Below, piece after piece: positions 26,586-39,700 of a stretch of 64,000 bases of DNA. Origin of the DNA: Styela clava (Eukaryota); the NCBI RefSeq assembly GCF_964204865.1, contig NC_135250.1, positions 8,866,001 through 8,930,000 on the forward strand. The letters run 5' to 3'. Positions within the stretch are counted from its first letter, which is position 1. The number at the start of each line of letters is the position of its first letter. Under the pieces are notes generated by a model. The model searched no databases. It was given only the letters and a program-made list of their open reading frames with translations, and was not told the DNA's origin. Position numbers and translations under genes: made by a program.

Positions 26586-28964
26586 CAATTCATTTTAATT
26601 TGGTACGTGCGAAGAATTGCGATCCCTTTGCGTTGAGGGGTTATACCTGAGTCAAACAAATAATCTAGCACTCAACTTATTCGCTGAGTGTTTACACAGA
26701 ATAAGAAACATGTTAAATCAGTAACTGACTAGAGAGAAAAAAGTCATATGTCAGAATTACGTTTTTAAAATTTGGTTCCAATAAAAAAAAATCAGACATT
26801 CAGCTCGACCTTTGGCGGACATAAAATAAACAAAATGGCGGCGATTCGAAATATTTGTTTGAACCGATTCGAATAATTTACTTTGTTCATTTTGCAGACC
26901 CAAACACTCCATTTTTGAGTTTTGTCCATATGAGGGACCCGATAGCATTGTACGAATCCCCTTACAGCTACATAAAGTATATATACATTTTTTGTAAAAT
27001 TCACAAAAATTCTTTTCAAATATTGTTACGTTGATTTGGCCACATTTAATCCAAAGATTTAGAAAGTACAAGTGATTGCGATGGAATAAATAAAATTTCC
27101 TTTTTTTTCCAAAATCAGAATAATTTGTTGAAGCAAATACCACGTAAAATTCGTATGCTGGATGGTCAATTTGGCTGGCCAGAAAGAAAACTCTGTTATC
27201 ATCTATGTCAGTCAAAAATTCCGCCGTGGGGGAGTCTCTGGTAATAAATGACTGTAAAGTATCTCATTCAGTTATAATCGCATAAACACGAAAAACACGG
27301 ATCTAGTAAGGCCCAAGATTGGAAGGTGGGTCATTATATCAATAATACTTGGATCTATCACTCAACCGAATCATGCGTACAAATGGAATCGATAACAACG
27401 ACAACAGCGATCATGAAAATAAAACCGTTATATCTGTATTGGCTGAAACGAACGAGATCGTTATTAAAATTATTTCAATACCTTTTGTCTTTTATTGCGA
27501 GTAAACGGTGTTTTTACCGATCCCGAGTCGCTTGAATATGCCTTGTACCTTAGACGCACTTGCGGACAAGTCATTATCAATTTGATTTTTTGTTAAAACA
27601 ATTTCCCTTTTTTTATTCTATTAGAATATTTAATTATATTATTTAAATAAAGTAACCCCGTCTCGTGTTACCGAAACTGCAAAATATACCGAAGTACTAC
27701 TGGTATTCAATCCGAGGTTATTTCTGATGGTTGAAACCACGGAACTATTAAATGAAGCTGTATCTTTTGACTAAATTTTATTTCAGGTAAAATTGCTTTT
27801 TAACAAATAAAGAATTGAAAATCGAGACGCAAATTGGTGAAGATTAGTTTTGACTATGTTTCAAAAACACCTCATTACAAATCATGATTGAAAACATTAT
27901 TTCGAATTTTACCTAAAATGAATGATGTTTCCCAAACTCTCAGCGTTTGGGTTGATTGTTTTGGGAAACTACTTGAACCTGTTTAATTGAGGTTTCTTCG
28001 TTTACGTTATGTTGAATATAACACATTCAGTTGCTTGTTGTTATTGTGCGAAAGGTTCCATCGGCAAGTTTTGTTTATCCAAAACAATTGTATTTTGTAA
28101 ATTCTGCTTGCGTTTATATGAGATCATTTCGTTTCTTCAGCAAAACAATTTTCTTAGTTTCGTTATATGAGAAAGGGTGATATGGTGTGTAATTGGATGG
28201 GTATTTCGAATCAAAGTTTTCAAACGGGACACGAGAGTAAGATACCCAGAACTAAGGACATTCATTTCTGTGGTAACGCAAAATATATTACAAACTTCGA
28301 GGCAATATCCAAGTTATAAGACCTGGTATTGGAAACTACCTCAATATCACGGTAACGCATTAGTGTATAGGCAGGTAAGGTACTTGATAATGTTACAGTC
28401 AAAGAGGTGTCGGTCGCCATGCCCGGTCCTGCTTTTCATGTATATTATCCGACCCAGGGCATAATAAATTTGACGAGGCTGAACGTTTTCGATGTGAAAG
28501 CAAAATGATGTTCGAGTCAGTTCGATTGTAAAGCTGGTTATCCCAATCTCACACACGAACAAAGATATACACACGTATACACACATGTTTGAATGTACGG
28601 GTTGTTTGTGTAAACTTTAGGGTCAATCATATTCCGCTTTGTTTAATTTCCGCTTGGTTGACCACCGCTACAAAACGATGTAAACCAGTTTCGAGGTAGC
28701 TAGCATTCATATCAGTCGATACGAAGAAAGAATATCGATAACGACGAAAGATTTGAGGTGATCTCCCCTGGCTGTTGTGCATAGTTACTCATCATTATAG
28801 AATTGTAAAACAACGAAATTTATAATTTCGTAGCAGTTCTCCAGAAAGGTACATAAGATGGATTTCAAGAAGGTAGTAATCAGTCTGAATGAATTTGCGA
28901 AACTTGAATGGTCAACATCGCATAGTATAAAAGAATTCCACCTAGGCAACTCTGAAAGAATAAA

Positions 28965-29979
28965 ATGTCTAAGGTAAGTTCGCTTCACTTGATATTGAAT
29001 ATACTTTGGAGAATACTACAGAAAAAAAATTATAGAGTTTTGAATCAAGCTGGCGAAAAATAGTGAAACAGGTTATGAGTCGCCAGTAGATCTAACTCCT
29101 TATAGAAGTACCAGTAGAAACCTTTGTATTCTCTTAGATGGTAATAAAGATGAAGTACTGGAGCTTTTTGGGGGATTCATTGTGATGTGCTTTATTAGTC
29201 TAAGAACAAAATAAATTTAGTTGATTTATTTTTATTTTAAATATTTTTAACATCAAATAATTTTCATCGTCTTTTAGGTAACATGTATGATCCAACTGCT
29301 TTTTCTGGCAATCGTGGCGGTCTCTGTCAAAGACGTTACATGTTGGGATCCCTAGTAAGAAAACATTATGTACTTATTTTATTTTAATGAGATAGTTTTA
29401 GTGCATAACAAACTATCGCGGAATAGTTTATTCAATTTTTTACACTATGGAGATCATATTTCATCCTTTGTTCTGCCAGATTTGAAATTATTTTCGCCAT
29501 TTTTTTTATACCATTGTTGATTTTTTTTTAGTTGCCTAGTGGGCTTTAAAAACCTAAGTCAAGTTTGGATTTTGATTTGTTTCATGTTGTGATATCATAA
29601 TAGTTTTATTAATATTTGTCAAAAGCCCCAAATATTCGAAAATTATTTTACACTCATCATGATCATGTTATTCAGTTCAGATGAATCATTGCTTTTTGGC
29701 TGTCACATAAAGAAAGAAAGCAAAATCGCTTTAAACCTGAACTCGTTCGAACCAAAGTTGGAAATAAAAGTTGAATGCAAAGAAGGGATCGAATTTACTA
29801 CTTTCATGTGTCTGCAGTTTTGCTACGATCCAGTCAATGAAAATTCACCAAGGTTGCTTCCAGGCAAAGTTCTCAGAAACAAAGATTTGTTTGAGCAAAA
29901 AACTTTTAATACAACGACTCAAAAACAGAGAAGAATAAAAGTGACATATGGATGTAGATGTGTATTGGAAAATAAATAG
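28965..29979 (+). CDS. Secreted IL-17-like cystine-knot protein 2, 129 aa
   Basis: join(28965..28973,29278..29354,29676..29979); same exon sizes as paralog 1 (9/77/304); 117/129 aa identical by manual count; AATAAA at 30185. Confidence 0.8.
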
Positions 29980-30036
29980 GATTTGAAGACCGATTAACAT
30001 TGTACAATAATACGTCGTTATTTATGACTGATGTCC

Positions 30037-30105
30037 TATTTATTTGTTTATTTATTTATTTATTTATTTTTTGTAAGAGTAATTAATTTATTGTCATATT
30101 TATAA
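30037..30105 (+). promoter_or_regulatory. AU-rich element cluster in 3' UTR of IL-17-like 2
   Basis: (TTTA)n run giving four overlapping ATTTA plus further copies. Confidence 0.5.
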
Positions 30106-31749
30106 CATTTGCCAACTACATTATTTACTATTTTTCTACTCAAACAATCATGTTTCTTCACTATTATTAATTTTTTGCTTATGCAATAAATATAGTTATT
30201 TATTGCTGAATATTAGTTATATAGTCCGCCATAATCACAATTTCATATTAGATTAACCACATAGACTATGTGAATTTTAAGTAAACTGAGTGTGAAAAAT
30301 TATATATATTATTTTATAGATCCTAATTTATATTATTAGACCATGGCTTATTGGGTAATTCCGAAACAATTTTACTTGAAACAGCATTAGAATTTGACTT
30401 ATTGGGATTTATTCTCCATTTTTTTAAATTTATTATATGGATTACGTAAGCATTAATGGTGTCATTATGAGTAATGTTTTTAAACACGTTCATATTTAGA
30501 CAGGAACGCTTTAATGAAAATAAATATTTAATTCTACAAAAGAGGATTTACGCATACCTTGTAAATATGAACCAACACATATCCTTTTTGACATCAATAT
30601 AAAGACTGGAGTGAGCACAAGTTCCTATTCTCCCATCACAACATTTTGTTTTCCTTTTCTCATTCTGTCGCCTGGCTAGTCAAATAAGAAACATACCAAG
30701 ACGTTGTTACTTTGAAACGAACAAATCTGGCTGTCGATTGTAATTGATCGTCTATTTAGTATTTATACAATAAAGTACATGTTTAATATATCACACTGTC
30801 ACTGGTTTAACACGTAATTATTTTTTTGCTTTAAATAACGTCGTAAAACCCCAGTATATATTTCGGGCTCAGATATCGGGGCTTAACATATGGAATACCC
30901 CAAATCAAATTTGTGATTCTATTTTGAACAAAACTGTTACGTGTCACAGTAACACCGGAATATAAATTAGCTGAAGAATTAGATATCAACCCCATTTACC
31001 GCTACATCTGTAGAAGTTGAATATACCCAAAAAAATTCAACAAGGGGGAATATTTGAAATATTCTCGATCGTACAAATTCCAATTTGTAGATCCTGGCTC
31101 ATATTATATTGTACCTGATGGGTGATTTCGTGAAAAATTACCCCTTGAATAGTATGATTATCTATATTTTTATGATTCATTTCGCATCTAAACATTTCCC
31201 CAAATTATCAATATTGATTACGTAAACATCTATCGCTATGGGTGCTCAAACGTCTTGACATCATTCTGTGGACTGGCGTCATAGTATAAAAAATGGGTTC
31301 TCATTTTTGTCACAACAATAGAAAAATTTATGTCTGTGTGTGAAGCATATGCGGAAGAGTTATCAGATGACTAGATTCAACTTCAAAACAAATAAAGCTA
31401 GCTGCCGTAAATAAATACACGAAACAGAAACATCTAATTAATTGGTATAAAATATTAGGTATGGTGCATAGAAGTGTAGTTCTTAATATCGTTACATTCC
31501 GAACACAGTTATTTCAATCTTTGATTCTCATTCAAGATTTGAAATATAAAAAAAATTGGGCTCCGGGATGAACAAGGAAAATTGTCAAGTCACGATTTAT
31601 TCAATGAGTTCGAAGAGTATGGACTTTTGTATTTTAATAACAAATGACTTTCTTTCAGTTATTATTTAGTGTTTATGTTAATAACAATCAAACATATTTT
31701 TTTGTTCATCTACTAAACGGATATGGTGTTCTAAGTATAATGTGGCTTT

Positions 31750-32105
31750 TATCGTGAAATATCATAATATAGTTGTCATAAACTAATCATATCAATCCAA
31801 TTGGTAATATAGAACTGTATGTCCATTGCATTTCATTAATGAAAATCCTTTTTGCCGAGCTATAATCAGAACGGTGATTTCTGACAAATATGGAGTTTTG
31901 TAAGGGGAATAACCTGGTAAACGGGACATATTTGTGTTCCTCGACATTCCGTGATTTTTACGTATTTATCAGAATGGTGATTTTCGACGAATCGGACGTT
32001 AGCTGCGAAAAAGAACCTGGTCGGTCAACGGGGCGTATACGTTTGTCAGGGTCCAATAAATTACATTGTTATGTTTGTTGTGTTCCTATTCCTCTGTTTA
32101 GATAA
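31750..32105 (+). pseudogene. Candidate decayed cystine-knot (IL-17/Trunk-like) exon, best-preserved copy
   Basis: From 31811 RTVCPLHFINENPFCRAIIRTVISDK; after a frameshift EFCKGNNLVNGTYLCSSTFRDFYVFIR...SCEKEPG...LHCYVCCVPIPLFR*. Confidence 0.38.
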
Positions 32106-35100
32106 AGGAAAATAAACTTGTTATGGTATAACCATGCGTGATAAATTACACCTTCTAATCGAACTAATTCAAGCTGTTAGTACGATCGCTTTATTCCACT
32201 GACGGCAAATTAGGTTTTCTGTCTGCGAAAATGCCTTGTTCAATTTTATCTTTAAAATGTATTGTACATCTTCACCCAACTTATTAACAAAATAAGACAG
32301 CTATTTCACAATAATGCATGATACTTATAATAACGATGATGATAAAATATGTCAAAATATTTATTCGGTTCAATTCATTTTTAACAGTCAACACCTGTTA
32401 TTTTTGAATATATTTACCGTGATAGTAGATACGTTGGAGAACACATCCCCACATGCAAAATATCATGTTACGTCATAAATTTAAAAAAATTCTTGAAAAC
32501 GTTCTCTTCGTCATAGCTTCTTCAATTAACTTCGAGTTTGAATAGGAAGACAACAGAACTGGCGTTGTGCAATGATGTGCGGAACTCTTTCGGGGTGAGA
32601 ACAAACTTGTCTAAAATATCAGAATAAATAAAAAATAAAAATTAAATACGATTTCAACATTGCGATATCATTCGATTATGATAGCTACAGTATGTTAACA
32701 TCGGTGGATTCATTTGAGGAACAAAATGGCTGCAATCAACTTAAATAAATAGACAATATTACGTAATTAGTTTGTCTTACAAAGTAGATCCTATTCATTA
32801 CATCACAGTCACAATTCTCAGTACTGTAGACTGTTAACATTTTAGGGAATTGTCTATGTAATTTTCACCAACTAGTTGTCGGGAATGGACTATTGTAATG
32901 ATGAATTTGGTTTATTTGATTTGTTTCAGATTATGTAATCAACTGACCATCTCAATGTTCGCCGTTAGTTAGTGATTGAAGTTGTTCCCCTTTCCAGAAA
33001 TCACGAAAAGAGTCTTCCGCGGTTGGTATTTCAGTCATTTTCTGAATATGTGTGTTTGGGACAAGGTAACATCACAAGTGAAGTAAGAATATCCGATCTT
33101 ACTGTAAGATGTTTTAATCATTTAATGGGTTTTTTTAATTAGAACGATACACTCACTTTGTGGAGTCCAACGAACTATTCTGAACAACAATCACCCCAAG
33201 TTATAACAATGTAGTAAATATTCATAGCGCAAGTATTTATTAGAAAAATGAAAACGAATTTATAAAAAAAATGATATCAAATAAATAACAATAAATTAAA
33301 AAACAAGAATAAAAGGATGTGTGAAAGTATTTTCAAATAAATATTCAAATGAACACTTTATATACATATTACATATTCAAGACGTATTTATAGATTTTAT
33401 ATAATAAGGAAGGGCGAAGCATAATCATTGATAACTCCAGTTAAATCGAGGTTATTTTTGAATTGCTTTAATGATTTTATAATTTTCAAATTAATATTTT
33501 TTCATCATATGTTGAAGGAAGTAATGTACGCGTAAAAAAGTGTAGAGTTTTTTAATCACCATATCAGTGTCAGCAACATGAATTGCAGCAAAAAATGAAT
33601 TCAATATTAAATTTTACAGTGACACATAAAAATAATTCAATAAATATCTTCTGAAGAATCAAAATGCAATAAACAACAACGTTTTTTGTAATCATATGTT
33701 TTATATTTAATTTCGTGTCGGGACCGCGTCTAAGAACATCGCTCCTGGTTTTGGTTTCAGTTTAAAAACCAAAATCTGTTATGCTTTTCACCCATGGGTT
33801 CTATTTTTGTTCATGCCGCTGTTACCTGTATACTATTGATTTCTACGCTTCACTTCAATGCTTTTTCACTATATATATTGCTTCGATACGGATAATATAT
33901 ACCCACAGCTGATGCGGTTTTGTTTTAAATTCCGTACTTACTCGAGTACAAACAGAAAAATGCAGCCGAAAATACCGTGTACAATTCGAGGTCAATATTT
34001 TACATTACCTGAGCCATCTTATAAACGTATGGGCTGGAATTTTGACAATCACGGCGATTCCCCGATTTTCTCGCGCACTCTTTCCTAATGCGCCTACTGG
34101 TTTCGGTCTATCGAAATGCATACCGGCTATTTGCACAAAATTAACCTTGATCTACCATTTGCTCTATCCTGAATCGTCGTCAAAGCTACCGTTTGGCGGT
34201 ATTTGAGCAAATATAAAACTAAGTGAGTGTAAACAATTACCAACGTATAAGCAATTGATGCCCCTGTATGTACAGCGCCTGGGCAGGATGAGATTTGTGC
34301 AAGATGTTTTTTAATTTTGGGTTGGCCAGTCCGCTTATATCTGCAATTATTACGGCGCACAAGGTAAGAAAACAAAATACGTTGACCAATCTTTCAAATG
34401 TCGAGATCGTTGTAAGCCCAATGAAGCAGTCAATATCATCAATGGCTGAAGATGTTTTTCGTTCGCAAATATTGCACAGAGGTATACTATTATTCATCGC
34501 GATTTGGTCAAATGTGCTTAAATTACTCTGGAACTATTTCAAATCATCTGTTACCTGTGAACTCCCGAATTAAAGGCACGAAGGTATGTGACCTCTCGAT
34601 TATATTTATTCAATCATGTTGATGATGTAACGGTGCTAAAACAGTACTCCTGTAACACAAATCCTTCATCAAATTTACTCAATGAAAGAACAATTTAATA
34701 CCGCAATAAAACACAAATAAGGAAACAATCAACTTTCATTGTACAAATATTCTGTCTATACTGTAGGTAACCTAATAAAAGTATACGGACGAGTCCACTC
34801 AAATGGCGACTAACGTCGTAGATCAATCCACCTTTTATTAATCCTTCACAGCGGGAAGTCCCCTAACTTACTCATTGCGCAAATAACTTACAATTTGGAT
34901 ATTTACCTCTAAATATAAGCTAGTGTTGTTCCCTTTCTCGAAAAAGACCGCGATGAGTTTTTCGAGATCTCGGAAATTTCTACGTTAACGAGTCATGGCA
35001 AAGCATGATGCAGGAGTATATTAGAAAAATGTACACAAATTCGTAAAAATATTTTAAATAAATAATTTGGTAATTAATTTATGATTAGATTATTTACATA

Positions 35101-35258
35101 TATGTGGCTTATTTTTATTATTGTTAAGGCAGGCAGGGCTAAGTAGAATTAATAATAATTAGAGTGTAATCGAATTTATTAAGTCGACATAAATTTCATA
35201 TGGCATAATTTTTTTCTATTTTAGTTTAAATGTTGATACAAGTCATGGTAGAAAAATT

Positions 35259-35368
35259 GAACTTCCTGAAGTATGCGCACCAAGATGGCGCACAACCTGA
35301 ACTCAGGTTATGTACCAGGTTAGGGTTCAGGTTGTGCGACATCTCGGTGCTCACACTTCAGGAGTACC
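35259..35368. mobile_element. 110-bp foldback MITE
   Basis: 39-bp inverted arms 35264-35302 / 35325-35363 (35/39 match); flanking direct repeat GAAAAATT; related copy at 15828. Confidence 0.8.
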
Positions 35369-35615
35369 GAAAAATTACATACTGTGCAAAAAAGAAGTAA
35401 CATAAACCTGAAATACGGCATTGTCCTTTCAATAAAAATGAAATATTGGTCTGCGGGCATTCTCAACATCGTATAATATTACATCGGGAATTTTAGCAGT
35501 AAACTATGATTGAAATCCAAAATACAACAACTCAAAAATATGCTGACAACGATAAATATACATAAATAAATATATAAATATTCTGCGAATAAATATAATA
35601 ATAGCCAAAATGAAG

Positions 35616-36771
35616 TTAATTGTCACGTTTCCGAGGTCTATCTACCAGGACACATCGGCAGCCATATGTGACGTTTACCCTTCTTTGCGTTCCATTAGGC
35701 AAATCGAAAGTTTTTTCTTCAGACAGATCAACATTTTCGAAAACTGTGTCTGTTTTCGAAACGGGTGACGCTTGTTGAACAGGGTCGTAGCAGAAGTTTA
35801 AGCACATGAACGTTTGGAACTCTATACCGCCATCGCATTCAACATTAACCATCAGTTGCGGTTCAAACGAGTTCATGTTCAACTTGACCTCGCTGTCTTT
35901 TGTTAAGTTACATCCAAATCTTATCGCTTCGGGCGAACTGAAAAAAAATAGAATATTCGTGTTTCTATTTCAAAATTTCAAAAATCACGGATGGGATTAG
36001 TATTTCCGATGTTCAAGCTAGAACAAAACGTCCAGATTGGAATTTTATTCCGTGTGATCCAGCGCCTAAAATTGATTCCAACCAAGACCAAACAGTTCAT
36101 ATTGTAGTTTAGAATAAATGACACATCTACTCTGAAAAACACCTGCAAGAAGTACCACACTAGAATTTTTCAAGTTTATTTATCTGGACATTAATTGGGC
36201 CAGAATTTAAAAATCCAGCTCGAATCACAATTGTATGCAACTTTTCGTTGATAGTGGAATTCAGTACCTCAGCTCAGTTGATTTCCTGTTTCTATTGACG
36301 CAAACGGCTTTAAATCTTGCGTCAATCGGTGGTATTTACCAATGCGCGGTCCTACATTATAACGCTTTTAGTGGCTCTTGGCCTTTTAGTGGTCACCGTA
36401 GCTTCGCTCAGTGATTATCTTTTAAATTGATTGTGTGATTTCTCGTTACTTTGCTTTGAGTGATTTTTCTTAAAAAACATCTCACGCCTTCTTATGTTTG
36501 AACTTTCGAAAATAATAGAAATAAATGGTTTATTTAATATGTTATACCTTTTTCACAATGTAAATACTTGGTAAACTCTAACTAGAAAAATATCTGAATT
36601 ATACATACTTGGGGTCCCAACATGCAACGTATATCGGACCAAAAATCGACATCAACATTGCCATCAGCGGTAAATTGAAAATGCTCCTTATCTGTTAAAC
36701 AATGTTGAAATATATTGCATATTCTAAGTTGAAGGTGACGCTGATTTTGTTTCAACACTTACTTGAGCCAT
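35616..36771 (-). CDS. Secreted IL-17-like cystine-knot protein 3, 137 aa
   Basis: complement(join(35616..35937,36609..36691,36763..36771)); MAQIRSIFNLPLMAMLMSIFGPIYVAC-WDPNSPEAIRFGC...VTYGCRCVLVDRPRKRDN. Same intron phases and Cys spacing as paralogs 1 and 2; N-glycosylation sequons NLT, NGT, NVT. Confidence 0.8.
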
Positions 36772-39700
36772 TTTGAAATTTTCTTTTACAATTGATAGAA
36801 AATATATTTCAACGCCGTTAGGTTTCCAGTACAATTATCAGTAATTAACTTTTGTTGTCTCCTTTTTTTTCCGGAAAATATAAATTTTGTCTCGCTGTTC
36901 CCTTCTGTTTTCTTTCAGATGTTAGCTCTTACTATTTTCTGTACGGTATAACATCTCTTTTTATACTGTCCACTATCTCCGCAAAATGGGCATATATATC
37001 GCATTATAGTAACCACCTATTATTCTACCTGTTGAATTCCGAAATAATGTAATTACGAAGTTTTTGGTTCTCCAATTGTTGACTATCTATGTATTATGGA
37101 ATTTGGACTTAGGTGGAAGCCAAGGTGATTCCCCGAATTCACACACACCCGTAAAGCGCCCACTGGTTTCGGTCTATTAAATTCCGTGGCCGTGTGTACA
37201 CTTACGCCAATTGATCTAATATTTGCTATATGTTTGAGCTACCGTTTAGCCATATCTAAATAAGTATGATAATACGAAATGAATGTAAACAATTTTTTTT
37301 GTAAATAATTATTGTTCGTATTAGGAACTGACCTCGGCGTACAATTTCCAAACTTATTAATTGATGTCACCCCTTATAAAATGATATATTCGTTTTATTT
37401 CGGAAGTATATATCCGCCAAAGTATCGACTATAACCCGACAATGATGCAAATTTTTGGAATTTAAAAAAATTCGTTGTTTTTCTTTATCTATACTCATTG
37501 CTTCATCGATACTGGCCCTGTTTGAAAACAATGGTCAAAACAGATAACTGGTATATCGAAAATTCATGCTCATTTTGAAGACAACTAACTGTTCGTAAAC
37601 ATATTCAAAATTGGATGTTAAATACAAAACTAATTAGAATTGTATTTCGTAGGTGTTATAAATTAGCATCTAATATTCCTTCGTGATATCAACCAAAAAG
37701 TGATTGCCATCTAATAAAAACAAACTTGCGATAATTAGACCAAGTTATTTTCAAATTAAAACGTATAAGCACAAGTTCAATTGAGCCCTTCATAATATAC
37801 CTTGCGTATGGGTGATTCTATTCGCATACTTGGCATTGAATAGACTTCAATTGTTCTTGATTTTCTTCTCAAGTGGTTGGTAAATATTCACAAGTCAATA
37901 AATTTTCTAATTCTGATGATCTTATGATTTAACTCTTAAACGTTTAATTGAAGATGAGAAAATGGCTCACGCAGTCCATAAGAATGTAATCAAAACTCTT
38001 TTGTTTGGTTAAGTTAAGTCATGATTTGATGAATAAAGTATATATTTAAATCTAAATACTGTGAAACAATAAGATTACGAAACGATTACAGGGCATGATC
38101 GTATATTGTGAGGGAGCAGGAGATTTTGCTGTGGTTTCAAGGATTAGTGAATTATAAGCCGTTAAGAACAATTATTCGTGAAAAGATTAGAATGAAAAAC
38201 TTTTATTTATGGATCAATAGATATGGTTCACCAAACAATACTAGAATTTCTTGAAGCGTCTGATGATGGCTTCTAATTTTAATTGTATTGAATATTAGTC
38301 CTTTTTAATTTGAAACTGTGTGAAATGAGTTTTTATATTTCGAATCCACTTGGCTTCGTAATAAATATTACAAATTGTTTATAGACTTACTTGTTAACTT
38401 GTACTTATTAGCGACACATAACCTGCCAAACAAACCTATTATCGTCGAAGGACGAACGAGAATATGTAAACGGTAACGTAATGGAGGAAGCTGAGAGTCC
38501 TCTCAGTACGCCATTGTCTATAATCATAAGTTGGAAACCACCATTCCCATATCTTACAAGGAATATAGCACTAGTCCAGTTTACCACCTACTCAAACAAA
38601 GATGGATATTGCGAAATGTTCTTTTCTGAATTTATAAGTCATTTATGACTGTCACTCAAAACATACTTCCTTTTAAGTGATTTGGAATTTTTCCAACCAT
38701 CAAATTTTATAATGATAAAATTTATACAGCGTGAATTGAGACATTCCAATGTTCCAATATGTTGTAATAGTTAAACCTCTAATCAAAAATGGGATTTTAC
38801 ACAGAATACGATATTTTATTTTTAGCTTCGATTTATATCTTATAAATATTGTATTATTATAAATAATCAAGAATATGATGACATCTCCAATGTATTAGGA
38901 GTAATTTCGAAATTATTGTTCGATAAAAATGAATTTCACTAAATAAACGTGTTAATGCACTCAAAAACATGTTACTGTCGTTAAAAATAGATAAAACGTA
39001 GTTATACCTTATTTTATAGAATTTGAATTATATTTTAAAAGCAGTGATCAGCATTATTTTCCTCTTTCTAGTTTATTGCACTATTTAATATTTCAAGAAA
39101 TTGCGTCATCTGGTTTTTGAATTATTTATGCCGTAATGTGTTCAAATACATTACATTATAAGTTGTCCACGATTTATAAATACCCCATTAAATATTAGTA
39201 AAGTAAATATTTGTTAAAAAATACCCATATGTTGGACTAGGTATGGGCAATATGGTTCATTCATTGCGCAGAGGTATAGGTTTGAGAATATTCGATTCAC
39301 ATATACAATAGTTGCCCGTTTGTTTAGCCAAACTTCTTTACACGCAAATCATACAAAACCATGTTACGACACGCGTGGTCCGGATGCTGAACAGATTGAA
39401 TTACTGAACAATTCAAAATTGGAAAATACGCGTTTCCATACAGCTATACATACATAGAAAAATTCTTTGTTTAGAATTTGTTTGGGAAGTGTTGCTCACT
39501 GTTACAAAAACAGTATATTTAAGGCATTGGAACTAGGAAATACGTATGATATTCGGGGCTTAATTTGCAGATGATTCTTCTAATAAAAGTTTATATGAAA
39601 ACAGAATAATTCATCGAAAACAAAACAATTTTAGTATGAATTCTCGCAGGCAATTAGCAAGGCGAAATCTAGTGAAACGTTTCTTATAATGATGATCTAT

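Larger units (their letters stand above)
27665..34170 (+). repeat. Segmental duplication unit B
   Basis: Collinear with unit A plus the end of A'; lacks the 19607 and 20331 insertions. Confidence 0.9.
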
